A stretch of 64,000 nt of DNA, from positions 109,740,001 through 109,804,000 of the forward strand of contig OZ024745.1 in assembly GCA_964016885.1 (NCBI GenBank). The letters are read 5' to 3'. A program made the translations under genes and the position numbers. Each line of letters starts with the position of its first letter. The first letter of the stretch is position 1. The notes below the pieces were generated by a model, which saw only the letters and a list, made by a program, of their open reading frames with translations, was not told the origin of the DNA and did no database searches. The stretch comes from Eledone cirrhosa (lineage: Eukaryota). This document shows, in pieces, positions 13,230 to 28,240 of this stretch.

Positions 13230-13958
13230 GGAAGTTTTTTTAGATAAAAATGTATTAAAATAAACAGCTTTATATCATAAAACCAGGGGCAGATTTAAGC
13301 AGTTTGGTACCAAAAGAGGCAAGCACTAATTCACCCCACTTTTAGACATCTTATCATAAAATCCCTTTTATATCTGCTGTTTTTCAAACTAAAGTTAGTA
13401 TACATGGTTTGTATTTCTTCAAATTAATCTATGAAAACAATGACTCTTCTGCACAAAATCTAGTCATAAATTGGGATGTCAGCCTTTCTAAATGTGAAGG
13501 AGAAGAGGAAACGACAGAAAATAAATTCTGCTAAAACCCCAAATTTCTCAGAGACTTTAAGGCAAATACCTTCATGTCTGAATTTGATATCCTTTGTGAA
13601 ATGTAAGTCTGATTTTCACTTTGTCAGCCAATACCATCACATGGAGCCTTATCAGAAACAATGTATAAGTTGTTTGTTATTTTACACTGCACTTCTGTTG
13701 AAATTGTCCCACAACACATCTGGTTTATGTGATCCTAACATCGTAGTACCTATGTAATCTTTTACATCAACATCATTCATGTTTATTCTGTCTTGCAGTA
13801 AATCTTCTATGACTTCTTCATACTTTATACATTTTATTCTTCTCTAACTCATATTTCTAATGTATGAGAAACCAGCCAAGATAATTAGTATTAGTATTTT
13901 TATTACAAAGAAATACTTATTATTATCATCATTATTTTCATAATTGTCAGTATTAATT

Positions 13959-14014
<56 letters not shown>

Positions 14015-16881
14015 TATCATCATTGTCATTGTCATCATAACATTTTAGCAAAACCGATTATGTTTATAAAATTTATTTCTCTTCTTAATTTCCCTCTAGA
14101 TTTATATGTTAGACAGATATGGCGTTTGGCAGTTTAAATGCCATCATCTGTGTAATAAACGAAGTTAATAAATTCTATGATATTTTCAATAATGTATGTA
14201 ATTTCAGGTTTTGTAACTGGTTAGGCTATGTAGATAGAAAATGTAATAGAGGAAATATCAGTACATATCCTTTCAAAATTACATCATATCTGATATCAGA
14301 GAACATCGTGGGAAAATATATGCTAAAGTATGCTTTCAGTACTTTATTGGATCAAATGTTCTGAATTATATAAAAAATAAAGGGCAATACTTTTAGCAAC
14401 AGGAAAAATCTTATCAAATGATCTACTCCCGAAATATCTTTGAAAAAAGAATTAAAAGAATCACAAATATTGCTTAACCCTTAGACATTTCAATAAAACT
14501 GTCATTTTCTTTTTCATTGTCTTTTTATTTCTTTTCATTTTGTTAACATTTGTAAGAAACTTTGAAGTTCTCTTATTTATGTCATGCTGTAAATGTGATT
14601 GGTGTTAGGAAAGGCATCCAGCCATGTAAAGAAAGCCAGAGACAGTATCAAATTAGTAAGACATGGTCACCTGATCTGACTTGTCTCACAATAGGACAAC
14701 TCATCTAACCCATGCTAGCATAGAAAATTGAACGTTAAATGGTGATGAAGAAGTGAAAACCTATCTCTTTTTCTATCACAAGAAGTCAAACTCATAATAA
14801 AAAGAGTTAGCTTCCTCTATATAGCTTGTTTCTATAGAATTATACATTGATAACATTTCTGAAACAATTTGCATATTCTAATTAGTGCACAAATATATTT
14901 TTGACATGCAGAGTCTCATCTCATCATTTAAGAGTTAATACTAAGTAAAACTGATCTGAGTTGGATGGTCATTTTATTAACTTACTAATTTTATGAAAGA
15001 CTAGTATTTTTTAAATTAAAAAAAAAAAAAAAGTATATTACAGCCCATAATTTACAGAAGCTAATTAACAAGCCTCCACATGCTCATCTCCTCTGGTAGA
15101 AATAGCAGTCAAATCTTCATATCACACCTTACTGTCTTAAATAAGAAAGAACATATTTGATAATGTGACCCTAGTGATAACGTATCTAAAAAAAAAATAA
15201 ATGATGGAGATGTGACAGGGCAATTTGATATTCCATTTATAAATATCATTCACTAATTTTTTTTTATCAGATCAATATATTATCTGCCTTCTAAGCAGTT
15301 AACCATAATTGCCCTCTATCCTTTGCACATAACTGAGGAAACAGTTTAATACAAAGAAGGTAGTAGACAAGAAGTCAAGAAAGATGTCCTCACAGCTTCT
15401 TTGGCCTCAAAGTTGTGAAAAACATCTAATTGGGACATTTATATTTCTACATGAGCACATATACTCAGCACTCAATAACTTGATGTGTGTTTTAGTTTGT
15501 TTGTTTGTTTGCTTTTTTTATTCTGTCAGCACCTACATCCATAGCTTTATCACCAACAAACACTATATTTTCACCTCTTGCTTACAAAACTGGCTTCTGT
15601 GCAATAACAATTATAGACATGGCACAATGTCAGAACAACCTCAAGGGAGATGTGAGCAAGAATGAATCTCATTGAAATTTTGGCAAAATGAATTGTCAAG
15701 AAATTTTACCTGCTCACATATCTGATCAGTTAAGTTTCCAGTGAAAGATTAAGATGTCGGAAATATGTAGGTGTGGAATAAGGTGAGGAAATTTGTTGGC
15801 AGCCCTTGTCGATGTGAAGTACTATATAAGATCATGATAGATGCTTGGTAGCAGCATTATTGATATAACATGGAAGCTTTATTATAAGAGGGTAGAGGAG
15901 ACCTGATTGATTATCTGGAAAGAAAAATTTGACATCATTGTCATGAGTTCAACAAGAGTAATAATAATAGTATTATTCTAAGAGAGATTAACGCCAATAG
16001 TTTGCATTGTGAAGGCATACTGCTTAGTCGTTAGGGTGTTGGACACAATTGTAAGACGTTGTGTTCGATTCTTGTCCAGGTAGCATATGTTCTTGAGTAA
16101 GACACTTCATTTCACATTGCTTTTCATGATAAAACTGGCACCCCTATTATTAAAACACCCAAGAAATCTCCTATGGAATGCAACTTTGTAGGAGGCCAGC
16201 TAAACCTACCTGGGTGTGAGCTGTAATTTTTTTTCTCAAATAAATTGCATCATTTCTGTTGCTTGACAAACCCAGCTAACTCTAGTAATTGAGTCTGTGA
16301 GGAATCTACATAGAGCTGTTTAGAGTGCTAAAATTAGCAGTTAAATCTTCTACAAATCTCACCTTACTCGTTATAATCTTAATTCTTTCACAATCACATT
16401 TCTAGTGAAATACACTTTATTTGAATTAATTAATGAAGAGTTTTGAGGGATTTACTAAAATTATGAATTATTTCCTTAACATATGGTTCTTATATAATTA
16501 TATAAAGTTATGTTGCAAGATTTTAATTTAAATAGGAACCTACCAAAATGGATATTTTTGTTTAATAAAACCAGAACCAATTTTGGACAGGTTGGTATAA
16601 AAAAAGGTTACATAAAAGATGCATTGGACAGTGTAGTCTCTGATAAACAATATATTATGGATGGTCATGGCTGGAAAGCCTCTGATAATAGATCTTCTCA
16701 ATCAGGCTAAATAACCTCTTGTCAAGTTATGTTAACTCACAAGAGTGAATATATATCATAGTTTCTGATTTCATATATTTGGTAGAACATATACGTGTGT
16801 GTTTGTGTGTGTGTTATATATATATATATATATATATATATTTGGAAAATAAAGAGCCCAATCAATGATAATAGGATTTAA

Positions 16882-17101
16882 CAGTTTGGCATTTAAACTG
16901 GCCATATTTGGCCAGAATTCTCTAACCTCTTTCTGTTCACACCGACCATAACCAGTTGTTCATACTTATGTTAAGGTATTGTTCTCAAACTAAATAATAT
17001 CAAAATCTCGTAGATTCGACATTATGTGAGATATTATGTAAGATAAAGCCTTTACCACAAAAATACAATAGTAAATAAAAAGTAATGTAAATACTAAAGG
17101 G
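16882..17101 (+). mobile_element. piggyBac-like MITE, same family
   Basis: Colinear internal sequence; ends TAAATACTAAAGGG. Confidence 0.7.
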
Positions 17102-18131
17102 TAAACTCCATAACTCTTAACCACTCAACAAATTCTCAAAATCCCAGGCTTAAGGATTCACAGGTATTTACACATATTTATAAACAAATCCAGCTTGCTT
17201 TAACACTGGAATTTTGCACAAAAAATATGTAAATTATATCCTAAAATTGACAAAGTATGAGATGTAAACTTTGGGGCTTTTGAAATTTTTCATTATTGTT
17301 ATAATATCAATTTTATTGAACTTTCCGATTCTGAGATAAACTATAGTTAGATTTGAACATAAAACAAACCTCTTTAACTGGTGATAACAAAATATTCAGA
17401 CATGATCTCTATCATTACCCATCTTTATAGCATACAGAATCAACTAACATCTGTATAGAATACAGAATCAACTAACAATTTGTACACCAACAGAAATGTT
17501 TGGATATCAGTCTTTACCAAAATCCCTTGCCATTTGCTAATAGCATTACAAAACTAATTAGATATACATTGAGATATATGTAATAAGCTATGTTTATGTT
17601 TAAATGCATTACCAATAAACACTTTATTAAAAGCATCTGTCAGATCAGAATTATGTTTGATTTGATGCCATCATTTGAAATCAGTGTATCTATGTTAATA
17701 TTGCTCAGATACAACAACTAATTGTTTTCTGAATTTTAGAGGTTAATCCACTAACGATGATTGCCCAAAACTACTAAAATATGAAGGCAATATCTAAATA
17801 AGCTGGGCAAAAATACTGGAACATGCAAAACTGATTTCAGAACATTTCATACCCCCTGCAAATTAAATAATTGTTTAGTCATACACAACAAATAAAAAAA
17901 AACTACTCTCGTTCAACTTTAGTTTTTCACCACCCATTACATGTTACTTTGGTTCAGAATATGACATCCAATAGCAATTAACAGAAGTATCTATTTGAGA
18001 TTTTTATATAACAAGAAGAATTATTATTATTGCTGTCATCATGTCATCATGATTTAGGTTAAAATATGACATCCCATAGAGCCATAGATGTTTTCTATTT
18101 TTCTATTGAAAACAACACAGTAGCTTTCATT

Positions 18132-18321
18132 CGGTGGATTGGCAGTATCGGTAGAAGGTTGGACGCCATGCTTTGTAGCATAGAGTTACGTCCCTTTACA
18201 ATCTGAGTTCAAATCCTGTCGAGGTTAACTTTGCCTTTCATCCTTACGGGGTCGATACAATAAAGTACCAGTAATACACTGGGTAATTGCTGGCCTTGTG
18301 CCAAAAGTAGAAACAATTATT
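18132..18321 (+). mobile_element. Nin/Deu-like SINE
   Basis: Near full-length family match. Confidence 0.85.
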
Positions 18322-18407
18322 TACATGATAGGTCTGTTGGAAGAATAAGGTCCATGGCCTTTAAAAACAACAAAGAAGGGGGATAAGTGAGTCAGGAGTG
18401 CTTGGCA

Positions 18408-18680
18408 TCAGTAGCATGAGACGAACAAGCTCCAATGAGCAGAGTGAAATGATTGAAGAGTGTCAGTGAGTGATTTTATAGTGATTAGCTGAGTGTCTTT
18501 TATCTGTATGTGGTCTAGAATGTCAGTGGGATCAACAGCAACACTGTCACAGATGTTGGAGCAATACTCCATTAAGGCTCTCCACTGAACGTTATAGAGG
18601 GTCATTAATTGTTGAGGGCTAAATTATTTTCTGCTTTTGAAGAGAAGGACCAGTTCTTTAGATGTGATCTTAGCATTTGG
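18408..18680 (-). mobile_element. Decayed CR1/Jockey-group LINE RT C-terminal fragment
   Basis: Minus translation AKITSKELVLLFKSRK*FSPQQLMTLYNVQWRALMEYCSNICD...ILDHIQ...LTDTLQS resembles LLTLYKAQIRP.LEYCS.IW...LD..Q; contains an in-frame stop. Confidence 0.7.
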
Positions 18681-19426
18681 AACAATCATGAAGGTCCTAG
18701 GTTAAAGTTCTATAATATTAACTAGTACCCCTAATACAAGGTACATTACCCTATTTATCTCAGTATGGTGAACTGTAGGATGAGTACCCAGCAGTAAAAA
18801 TACTTTAGCTAACAGTATACACACTTTCAACAAAATATGCCTATATAGAAGAAAAATAAAAGAGGTATATGTTGCATGTGTTGTATGGATTGTATTCTAT
18901 TATTGGATAACAATTCTGTAGATTATGAGTTATTTAAGCTGTTGATAATGTATGAGTTGTACAATTGTATCAAGTGGTAGTTATGTAAAATATATGCTGC
19001 ATTATATTATTGATGCTGATCGAGTATATGTATTGTGTGCGTAATATACAATGTATTCTCTTATTAATTGACTCTTTCTGGGGTCAATATGATAAAGTAC
19101 CAGCTTGTGATGATGTATTGGTGAAATTGTTAGAACATCACAGCTGTTGGCTTCTGAAGGTGGTAAATGTAATCTGTTATCTGCTTAAACACTACTACAT
19201 GTGTTTTCAAAGCAAACTTCTGTATCATTCAGCCATGCCTGCATCTATCTGGTAAAATTTTGTTACATTTCTTGATGTTGAACCAGAGGTGAGTCTTAAT
19301 TGAGTAGATCTGGGATCAAAAGGTTTTCAGCCAAGATCGTACTACCTATTTTTCCTAAATAGTATATCTAGACCTACATTATCCAATGTCTTTCCTTTCC
19401 TATAAAAGTGGTAAGTTCTGATTTGT

Positions 19427-19568
19427 GCAGAGGCATAGTAAATGGGGTGTGAGAAGTGGGTCACTAATATAAGGACACAAAATTTCCTGTGGCCGATAAT
19501 GGCTGTTAAATTAGGAGTATCAAAAGTGTCTTTACCCAAGGGCACCAAGGGACATTGCTATACCATTA
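19427..19568. mobile_element. Decayed hAT-like MITE
   Basis: CAGAGGCATAGTAA...TTGCTATACCATTA resembles decayed CAGTGGCGTAGCAA termini. Confidence 0.35.
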
Positions 19569-19985
19569 GATTCAAGAGAGATTTGGCAACAATTTCTAGC
19601 AAATTAATGGATCACACAAGTTAATGGATCATATAAATTCTGTTAGATTTTATAATGTAGGCAGATTCATAAACAAATCTTGAAGAAATTTCACCTATCA
19701 AGTAAAATCAAAAATGTATAAACTAAAATTCAAAATGTCTGAATATAAAGTATGTGACCCAGAAAAGATAAAGGGGGTGAGGAGGGGAAGAACAAGAAAA
19801 TGAATGTAAAATACAAATATATCCAAAATGAAAATAAATAATGTACATTAAGTACAATATAAATATATATATATATATATAAAATTGAAAAGAAAAAAAC
19901 AAATATAATTTCTATAAAATAAATATGGTTGATAGGTGGGAAATTATTGGCTGCAATCATGTGATTGATATTTTATTGTCAGTGT

Positions 19986-20030
<45 letters not shown>

Positions 20031-20131
20031 TATTATTATTATTATTATTGTTTTAGTACTGAAACACTTTGAACTTGATGTGAACTGAAAGTAGCATAGC
20101 AATGTAAAATATTATATATATATATGTGTGT

Positions 20132-20199
<68 letters not shown>

Positions 20200-20321
20200 A
20201 TAGTGTGTGAATGATACAAATTAAATTTAAGGTAAGCAACTAATTCAACAATTATTTTTACTTCAATTGACAAAAAGAAATATTGAGAGAAAAATATGGA
20301 TAAAGGAGAAGAAGAAAAATG

Positions 20322-20375
<54 letters not shown>

Positions 20376-21113
20376 AGAAATAATGAATAAATAAACAAGA
20401 TTTCTAGTTCAGTATGTTTCCTTAAATGATCTTACAAATGGTTCTCGACAAACTGAAGCTTTGCAAGCAGGAGCAAAAAAGTAACAAGATATATAAAAGA
20501 AAATACAATCTTGAGCGATAATATAAATGTTCAATAAATGCTCTTATATTATTGCCAGCATCTGAAGTAAGCTATTAGAAAACAGATATCCCTCCCCTCC
20601 ACTACATTCTGCCTAGTCCATTTAAATATTTAATCAATTTGAATTCCAGAGTTGTCTTTCTTGCTTTTCTTAAGCAACTAAAATGGTTAGTGTCAAGAGG
20701 GCATTTGGCTGTAAAACATAACCTGAAAATGTTCTGTCCAGCCCAGATCAGAATAGAATAGCCAACATAAAATAAAGATGATGTTGAATAACATTAATGA
20801 CTTTTAGATTTGATTTTATCTTCAGTACAAGTATGCATTTTATTCATTAAACATTTCTTTTGGCTCACTGCAGTAAACATATTAGTAGATTCCACTTAAC
20901 TTTAAAAAAATATCTCCTGGGTATATGAGCAGACTGTTCAGAAATTAAGCTTTGGAAAACATCTGGCTTAGAATTTTATAATTCAGCCCTAATGAAGTTA
21001 CATACTAATGTTTTACATTGGTTAATGTTTATGTCTGTCTGAAAACTAGAGACTCAGCTCATCAGCCTAGAGCTAATCCTGGTTTCATGAAGTATTACGT
21101 AATTGAGTACAAG

Positions 21114-21337
21114 CAGGTCCATTTCCAAGGAGTGTTGGAGGGGAGGAGGGGCACTGCTCCTCTACCTTTCATTGGTGCACTCTCAGGTGATTAGAAAATT
21201 TACAGTGATACGCTTATTCTGAAATTCTGCCTCAGAATTATTTAAGTACTCACCAAGAATGTTCTGAAGACCCCCCCCCCCCCCTCCACCCATGCCCTCT
21301 ACTCACACCAAGTTCGAAAGCCTGGAAACTGGGCCTG
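21114..21337. mobile_element. hAT-like MITE with 8-bp TSD
   Basis: TIR CAGGTCCATTTCCA / TGGAAACTGGGCCTG; flanks AGTACAAG and AATACAAG. Confidence 0.7.
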
Positions 21338-21431
21338 AATACAAGACTTGCCCTTGAATGGGATGACAGTCCATCACAAGATCAACACCCAGCTGCTGAG
21401 GATAATACTAATTTTATTAGCCAGCCATCCA

Positions 21432-22053
<622 letters not shown>

Positions 22054-22277
22054 GTGAGAGAGAGAGCTGAGTGGACCAAAGCAACATAAAATGAAGACAC
22101 AATATGCCATCCATCTGGGGATTAAACCCATAACAATACAACTGTGAGCCCTCACCCTAACAGGAGTTCAACAGTACAAGGCCATGATATGCAGATGAGG
22201 GATAGAGGAGGTTTAATTGACACAGTCTATTACTGGTACTCCTCATAGTCTTATTTGAGAGATTATTGTATTACAGC

Positions 22278-22620
22278 TGGGAGGCAGCGAATTGGCAGAG
22301 CCAATAGAACTTTGGATAGAATGCTTTGTAATATTCGTTCTGGCTTTCTACTCTCTAAGTTCAAATTTCGCTGATGTCAACTTTGTCTTTCATCCTTTTG
22401 AGGTCAATAAAAAGTACCAGTTTAGTACTGGGTTTGATTCTTCCTCTATATCTTTTTCTCATTTCTTCTATCCTTCTCTAGAAGAAATCTACTGTGTTTA
22501 GACCTGGGGAAGAGATGGATTCCACCAATTTTTAATATATACTTAACTTATGCCATATGTCAACATGACACCCATACAACACTACTAGGAGTTACAGGTC
22601 CATACATACATTACAGCTGG
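22278..22620 (+). mobile_element. Older Nin/Deu-like SINE with an extended alternative tail
   Basis: Tail CTATCCTTCTCT.GAAGAAATCTACTGT...CCATATGTCAA is shared with 48598-48950 and 26225-26420. Confidence 0.65.
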
Positions 22621-23806
22621 ACACCCTTCCTGGTGCCAACCCATTTAGTTACTTTTTACATCATCCAGAGATACAGTGTACCTTTTCTAAACCAGATACA
22701 CATAGGTTGTGGTTGTGAGTGTATCCAGATCCATGTATAGAATATTAAAAGAAAAAAAAAAGAAAAAAAAGAAAAAAAGAAGAAAAAAAAGAGAAAAAAA
22801 AGAAGAAAAAAAGAAAAAGAAAAAAAAAGAAAAAAAGAAGAAAAAAAGAAATGAGGTGTGATTCAAATCATAATGTTCCTGTCTGAAATGGCCTAGTGAA
22901 AGGACTTTAGTTAATGTGATAAACAGAGTGTTGTGTATAAACAGTTCATGTCTTATATCAGATGTTAAAGGAATTCTAAACATCTGGTAATATTCCGGAA
23001 TATTTAATAAAGGTTGTTGACAATCCGACAATGCATGGAGTGTAAAGGTAAAAGTAAAATGTCAGGAAGAGAGGAAGTAAGACAATATCTGCACATGAAC
23101 AAGAAATCAGACAAGCATGTAAAAATCTGTTCTACCACAGGCATAGTGATATTTAATTGTGAATTCCTGAGAAGTAACCACAAAGCATGGTGTAATATAT
23201 CAAAGACATGAAAGACAGTGGTCAGGGTGGAAGGAGATAGAGAGATAGAAAGACAGAGAGAGAGAGAGAGAATTAGAGTGAGAATGTGAGAGAGAAAGAG
23301 GAGAAAAAGGTGTGTGGTGAGAGTGTATATAACACCTTATTGACATCCATCAAAATGTCTTTTACCATAAGAGAACATTCAGGTTATGACATTGCTACTC
23401 CCTAACTTCTATTCACACTAGATTATTTTGTGGGGTTAGCACCCTTGGCATTTATATATCATTATCTCTCTTCACTCTCAACTTCAATATATATTATAAA
23501 AATGGCCGACAGCTTGCAATGACAGCTTGCCTCTCAAGTATGTCTACCCTAGATTACAAGATGCATCACATAGTCTAAAAAATAATAATAATAATCAACA
23601 TTGACAAAAATTATAATAAAAGAGATTGGATTTAAACACGAACTTGCTTTATATAAGTTATCATTTTGTGAAAGAAATACTGTTATATACTAAATAATTA
23701 AAACACCATTTTTTCCCAGTAAACATTGATATGGTTGATAGACAATCAAGTTCCCTCCCTTTATAGTCAAATGATACTCTTCTTTTTCAGCTCATGCTCA
23801 TCATCA

Positions 23807-24039
23807 CCCTTTAGTAATTACATTAGTATTTACATTACTCTGTATTTACTATTGTATTTTCACAGTAAACACTTTATCTCACATAATTATCTCATATAAT
23901 ATTGAATCTACGAGATGTTGATATGATTTATTTTGAGAACAATACCTTAACATAAGTATGAGCAACTGGTTATGGCCGGTTTGAATAGAAAGATGTGAGA
24001 AAATTCTGGCTTGATATAGCTGGTTTAAATGCTAAAGGG
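23807..24039 (-). mobile_element. piggyBac-like MITE, same family
   Basis: CCCTTTAGTA...TAAATGCTAAAGGG|TTAA; internal sequence is the reverse complement of 34612-34828. Confidence 0.75.
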
Positions 24040-24252
24040 TTAAATCATTCTCTATGCCATGATTAAGTACAAAGAGGTCTCTTTAGCATTGCAACAATCG
24101 CGATGACCTAATGTTGGTGACATGATAAAATGTACCTAGTACATTCTGGTTAGTGGTTGGGATTAGGAAGAGTATCTAACCATAGAAACTACCTCCAAAT
24201 TGGAACATACAAACATGACAGGGTTCCTCAAATCAGATTTCCTGCTGTGAAA

Positions 24253-24418
24253 ATAATTGTTTCTACTTTTGGCACAAGGCCAGCAATTATCCCAGTGTAT
24301 TACTGGTACTTTATTTTATCGACCCCGTAAGGATGAAAGGCAAAGTTAACCTCGACAGGATTTGAACTCAGATTGTAAAGGGACGTAACTCTAGGCTACG
24401 AAGCATGGCGTCCGACCC
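24253..24418 (-). mobile_element. Nin/Deu-like SINE, 5' truncated
   Basis: Reverse-complement match; GTGAAAATAAT occurs on both flanks (TSD-like). Confidence 0.85.
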
Positions 24419-24698
24419 CAGTGAAAATAATGAAATGTAAACACACTATATGCTATTACCTTTGTAAGCAGAAAAACATGAGATTAATTACAGAAAATAA
24501 CTATTCACATGATTTTGCATACTGAAGGGAGAATCTGATTGTGGTTGCTATTCATATCAAACAGGATGTTGAACTTAAATAAAATGGCCAGTCTAATTTG
24601 CATGATGTTCCTTATTTTGTCAACATAATTTATTCAATGTTTAGGATAAATTTAATGTAAATATAACTATATAACCGTTTGCTTTTGGAGTGCGATGT

Positions 24699-24905
24699 GT
24701 GAAGGCACATGGCTTAGTGGTTAGAGAATTGGATTCACATTTGTGAGGTTTTGTGTTTGATTCCCGGACCAGACAATGTGTAATATTTTTGAGCAAGACA
24801 ATTTATTTCAAATTGTTCTTTTTGCTAGGAGTTGCGACTGGTAGATAAAATCAGTAATGGAAAGACTAATGGAGACGTTGTTTCCTTGTTCCGATTTAAC
24901 AAGTT
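24699..24905 (+). mobile_element. Older copy of the SINE at 36059
   Basis: Colinear head, body and tail. Confidence 0.7.
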
Positions 24906-26791
24906 CTACCCCACACTGTAAACACCTGAGTTATGGGATCTTGTCAATCATATTTCCTCCTTCCTTAGCTGATTTCACTCCATTGCAGTCCTATTGATTA
25001 GAAGCTGAGTTAGCTTCCTACCTATATTTTACCTGCAGGCATTGACCAACAGATGTTCAAGTTGGATTTGAACCACACCTGTCTTAACAGTCTAGAAAGG
25101 TTGGCAAAATCCATGGATACTACCACTAGATGGCAGAATCATTATGGCAGCAGACAAAATACTTTTACATTCTGAGTTCAAATCCCATCCAGGTCCACTT
25201 TACCTTTCTTTTTTCTGAGGTTAATAATAGAAGTACCAATTGATAAAATAACTATTAGAGACTCTGTAATTGATGCAACTGAGAAGTGGATGCTGAGGCA
25301 TTGCCAGAGTCCAATTACTGAAACAAGTAAAAGAATACAAGAAAATTACTTCTGACTAACTTATGAAAACAATTTTTTTTTGCGCAACAAGAAAGAATTA
25401 AGACAAGAGAAAGATACATTGACAATGCAACCCAATTTTACATCTGGTTTTCTTATTCTAGAATGGGATGTATGCTATTTCAATTTTTGACATTTGCTTG
25501 ACGTGTTGGAAAAAATGAAACTGATAGCTAGATAAACTTCGTAATACTTCATAATGCTTCATAATACCAATTATCCAGTTATGATAAATTTCATCTTGGT
25601 GAACTAAGAGGACTTATTTACTTATTTATGTACTTACTTAACTGCACAATGAAATATCAAATATCAGTGGAAAAGATTAATTCAAAAATTATGAGAGGAC
25701 AAAAGTCTATGATCTTACTCAAACTTTCATGCTATGAATGATAGTAGACATTATCATATTCTTCTATTCTTTTGCTTGTTTCAATCACTGGAGTGCAATT
25801 TTGCTAGGGTTCTGCCTTCTAACGATTTAATTATATTGAGCTTAGTCAGGTGGCAGTGAACTGGCAATGCTATTAGAACATTGGTTTGCAACTTTGTATT
25901 TGATGCTTTCAGAGTCAACAAATAAAGAACTTAAAAAAAAAAAGTCTAAAGTTTCATCAGGTTAGTGTTTATCAGGTTAGTGTTTCACCAGGTTAGTGTT
26001 TATAATGGTTTCCGTGGCATGAAACAACTGAAAGTACAAGACTTCCTCCTGGACAGGATACCAGTCCATTGCAGGGCTAAACCCTTAGCTACTGCTAACA
26101 TTCATTTTCAGCTGAGTATACTGGAGCAACATGAAATGAAGTGTTTTCCTCAAGAACACAATACACAACCAAGTCTAGGAATCCAACTCATGACATTATG
26201 ATTGTAAGTCCAACACTCTTACCAGTACCAGACCAGTAGTGGGATTGATTATTCCACTATCTCTCTTTTTCATTTTCTCTCCTCTCTCCTTATCTTTCTC
26301 TAGAAAAGAAAAATCAACTGTGTTTAATCCTGGAGAGAGATAGACATTTAAATACACACTACATGTCAAAACAGCATCCCTATGGCTCCATCAGAATCTC
26401 AGGGCCCATGGTTAGCTGGATTAATCCTAATAGTTTCTCTGCTGTTTATTTCTTGTTTTCATAAGATATAAAATGTAAAATGGACAGTAATATAAGAAGA
26501 GATAAATTGGTGGGATATAAAAACTATAGGTAATTTCTTTTTGAATGTACTAATTTTCCTCCCTGCAGATAAAAAATCAAACTCATACACACTGATGTGC
26601 TTGCAAATGAGAGAAAATTTCCGAACTATATGATCATGCCAGTTCCACAACTCTTACTTAAAATTGTGGTTAGTGTTAGGAAAGATATCCATCTATTTAA
26701 AAATATATATTCAGTTGTAGGTTTTGCTGTGCAAATGAGAGAAACAAAACTCAATTCAATGCATTGGTAGATGTATAATTATATGTAAAGG

Positions 26792-27127
26792 GTACAGAAC
26801 CCTTTCAGTCATAAATGACCATGAAATTTGCATCTAGAAATTTCCCCTCCAATACACAAGTCCAGGCAAAGTTGTTTGTGGAAGACCAGTAGTTGCTCAT
26901 ACATACCAGTCTCCCCGCCCCATACTATTGATGTTGTCCAAGGGAAATGTAATGGCGGATACAGCTTGGCACCAGTGACGTCACAACTCATTTCTACAGC
27001 TGAGTGAACTGGAGCAATATGAAATAAAGTGTTTTGCTCAAGAACACAACACAAAGCCCGATCCAGGAATCAAACTCACAACCTCACAATTGTAAGCCCA
27101 ACACTCTAGCCACTAAGCCATGCACCT
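26792..27127 (-). mobile_element. CORE-like SINE with a fourth tail type
   Basis: Head and body at 26985-27127; distinct ~190-bp tail. A more decayed relative lies at about 26010-26222. Confidence 0.75.
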
Positions 27128-27221
27128 TATGATTATTATGCTGTGTTTTGAAAAGTGCAGAAAACTGTTTTGAAGAGTGTAATTAAACACAAAACTCCTG
27201 GTCCTTGAGTCACTGGTATAG

Positions 27222-27222
27222 T

Positions 27223-27266
<44 letters not shown>

Positions 27267-27568
27267 TTTACGTCCGCTTTTTCCCTGCTTGCAAGGGTGG
27301 GACGGGAATTGATTCTGGCTTGATTTCTACAGCTGGATGCCCTTCCTAACACCAGTTTACAGTGAGTGCTGGGTGCTTTTTTGCTGTGGCACCTCCACGA
27401 CCACTTTACAGTGGAATGATAAGGACCCCAGTCCCTATCATCTCATTTCTACAGCTGAGTAAACTGGAGCAATGTGAAATAAAGTGTCTTGCTCAAGGAA
27501 ACAACACATCACCCGGTCTGAGAATTGAACTCACAACACTGCTCTAACCACTAAGCCATGTGCCTCCA
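27222..27568 (-). mobile_element. CORE-like SINE with RTE tail
   Basis: Same family with a small deletion in the tRNA region; (CAT)n on the plus strand. Confidence 0.85.
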
Positions 27569-27598
27569 TCAGTATCCAACACATGTGAGCAGCCAATC

Positions 27599-27995
27599 AT
27601 AATAATAATAATTGTTTCTACTTTAGGCACAAGGCCAGCAATTAATCCAGTGTATTACTGGTACTTTATTTTATCGACCCCGTAAGGATGAAAGTCAAAG
27701 TTAACCTCGGCGGGATTTGAACTCAGAATGGCAAGGGCCATAACTCTTTGCTGCAAAGTATGGCATCATACCCTCTACCAATACTGCCATCCACTATAAT
27801 GATTTCTAACTTCTTAAGCACAGGGTCAGTCATTTATGTGGAAAAGTAAGTCGATTAAATTGACCCGAGTACTTGACTTGTACTTTATTTTATTAACTCT
27901 CAAAAGAATGAAAAGCGAAGTTGACCTCAGTGGAATTTGAGCTCAGAATATAAGGGGCTGTAACTAAATGCCATAAAACATTTCACAAGATACTC
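27599..27995 (-). mobile_element. Two adjacent Nin/Deu-like SINEs (young 27599-27795, older about 27800-27995)
   Basis: Two consecutive reverse-complement family matches. Confidence 0.8.
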
Positions 27996-28240
27996 TAACA
28001 ATACAATAAAATATATTTATTTAATGGTACCCAGGAGGTATATATGATATCTACACATAGCTAACTCATGTGAAACAAGTAAAACAAGAAATTTTAACAA
28101 CATGCTCATAAAATAATGAATTGCTTGTATTTAGTTAAGAGAAACAGAAATTTCTATAAGAAAGCATTATCAATATTTTAAACTGATTAAGAAGAGTAAA
28201 GTAAGTTTCTTTGATTTTTATTAATTTGCAGTTAGTGAGT

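Noticed and set aside
25123-25136. CTCF-like motif CCACTAGATGGCAG
   Set aside because: A single short match overlapping a decayed SINE head; not supportable without ChIP data or conservation.
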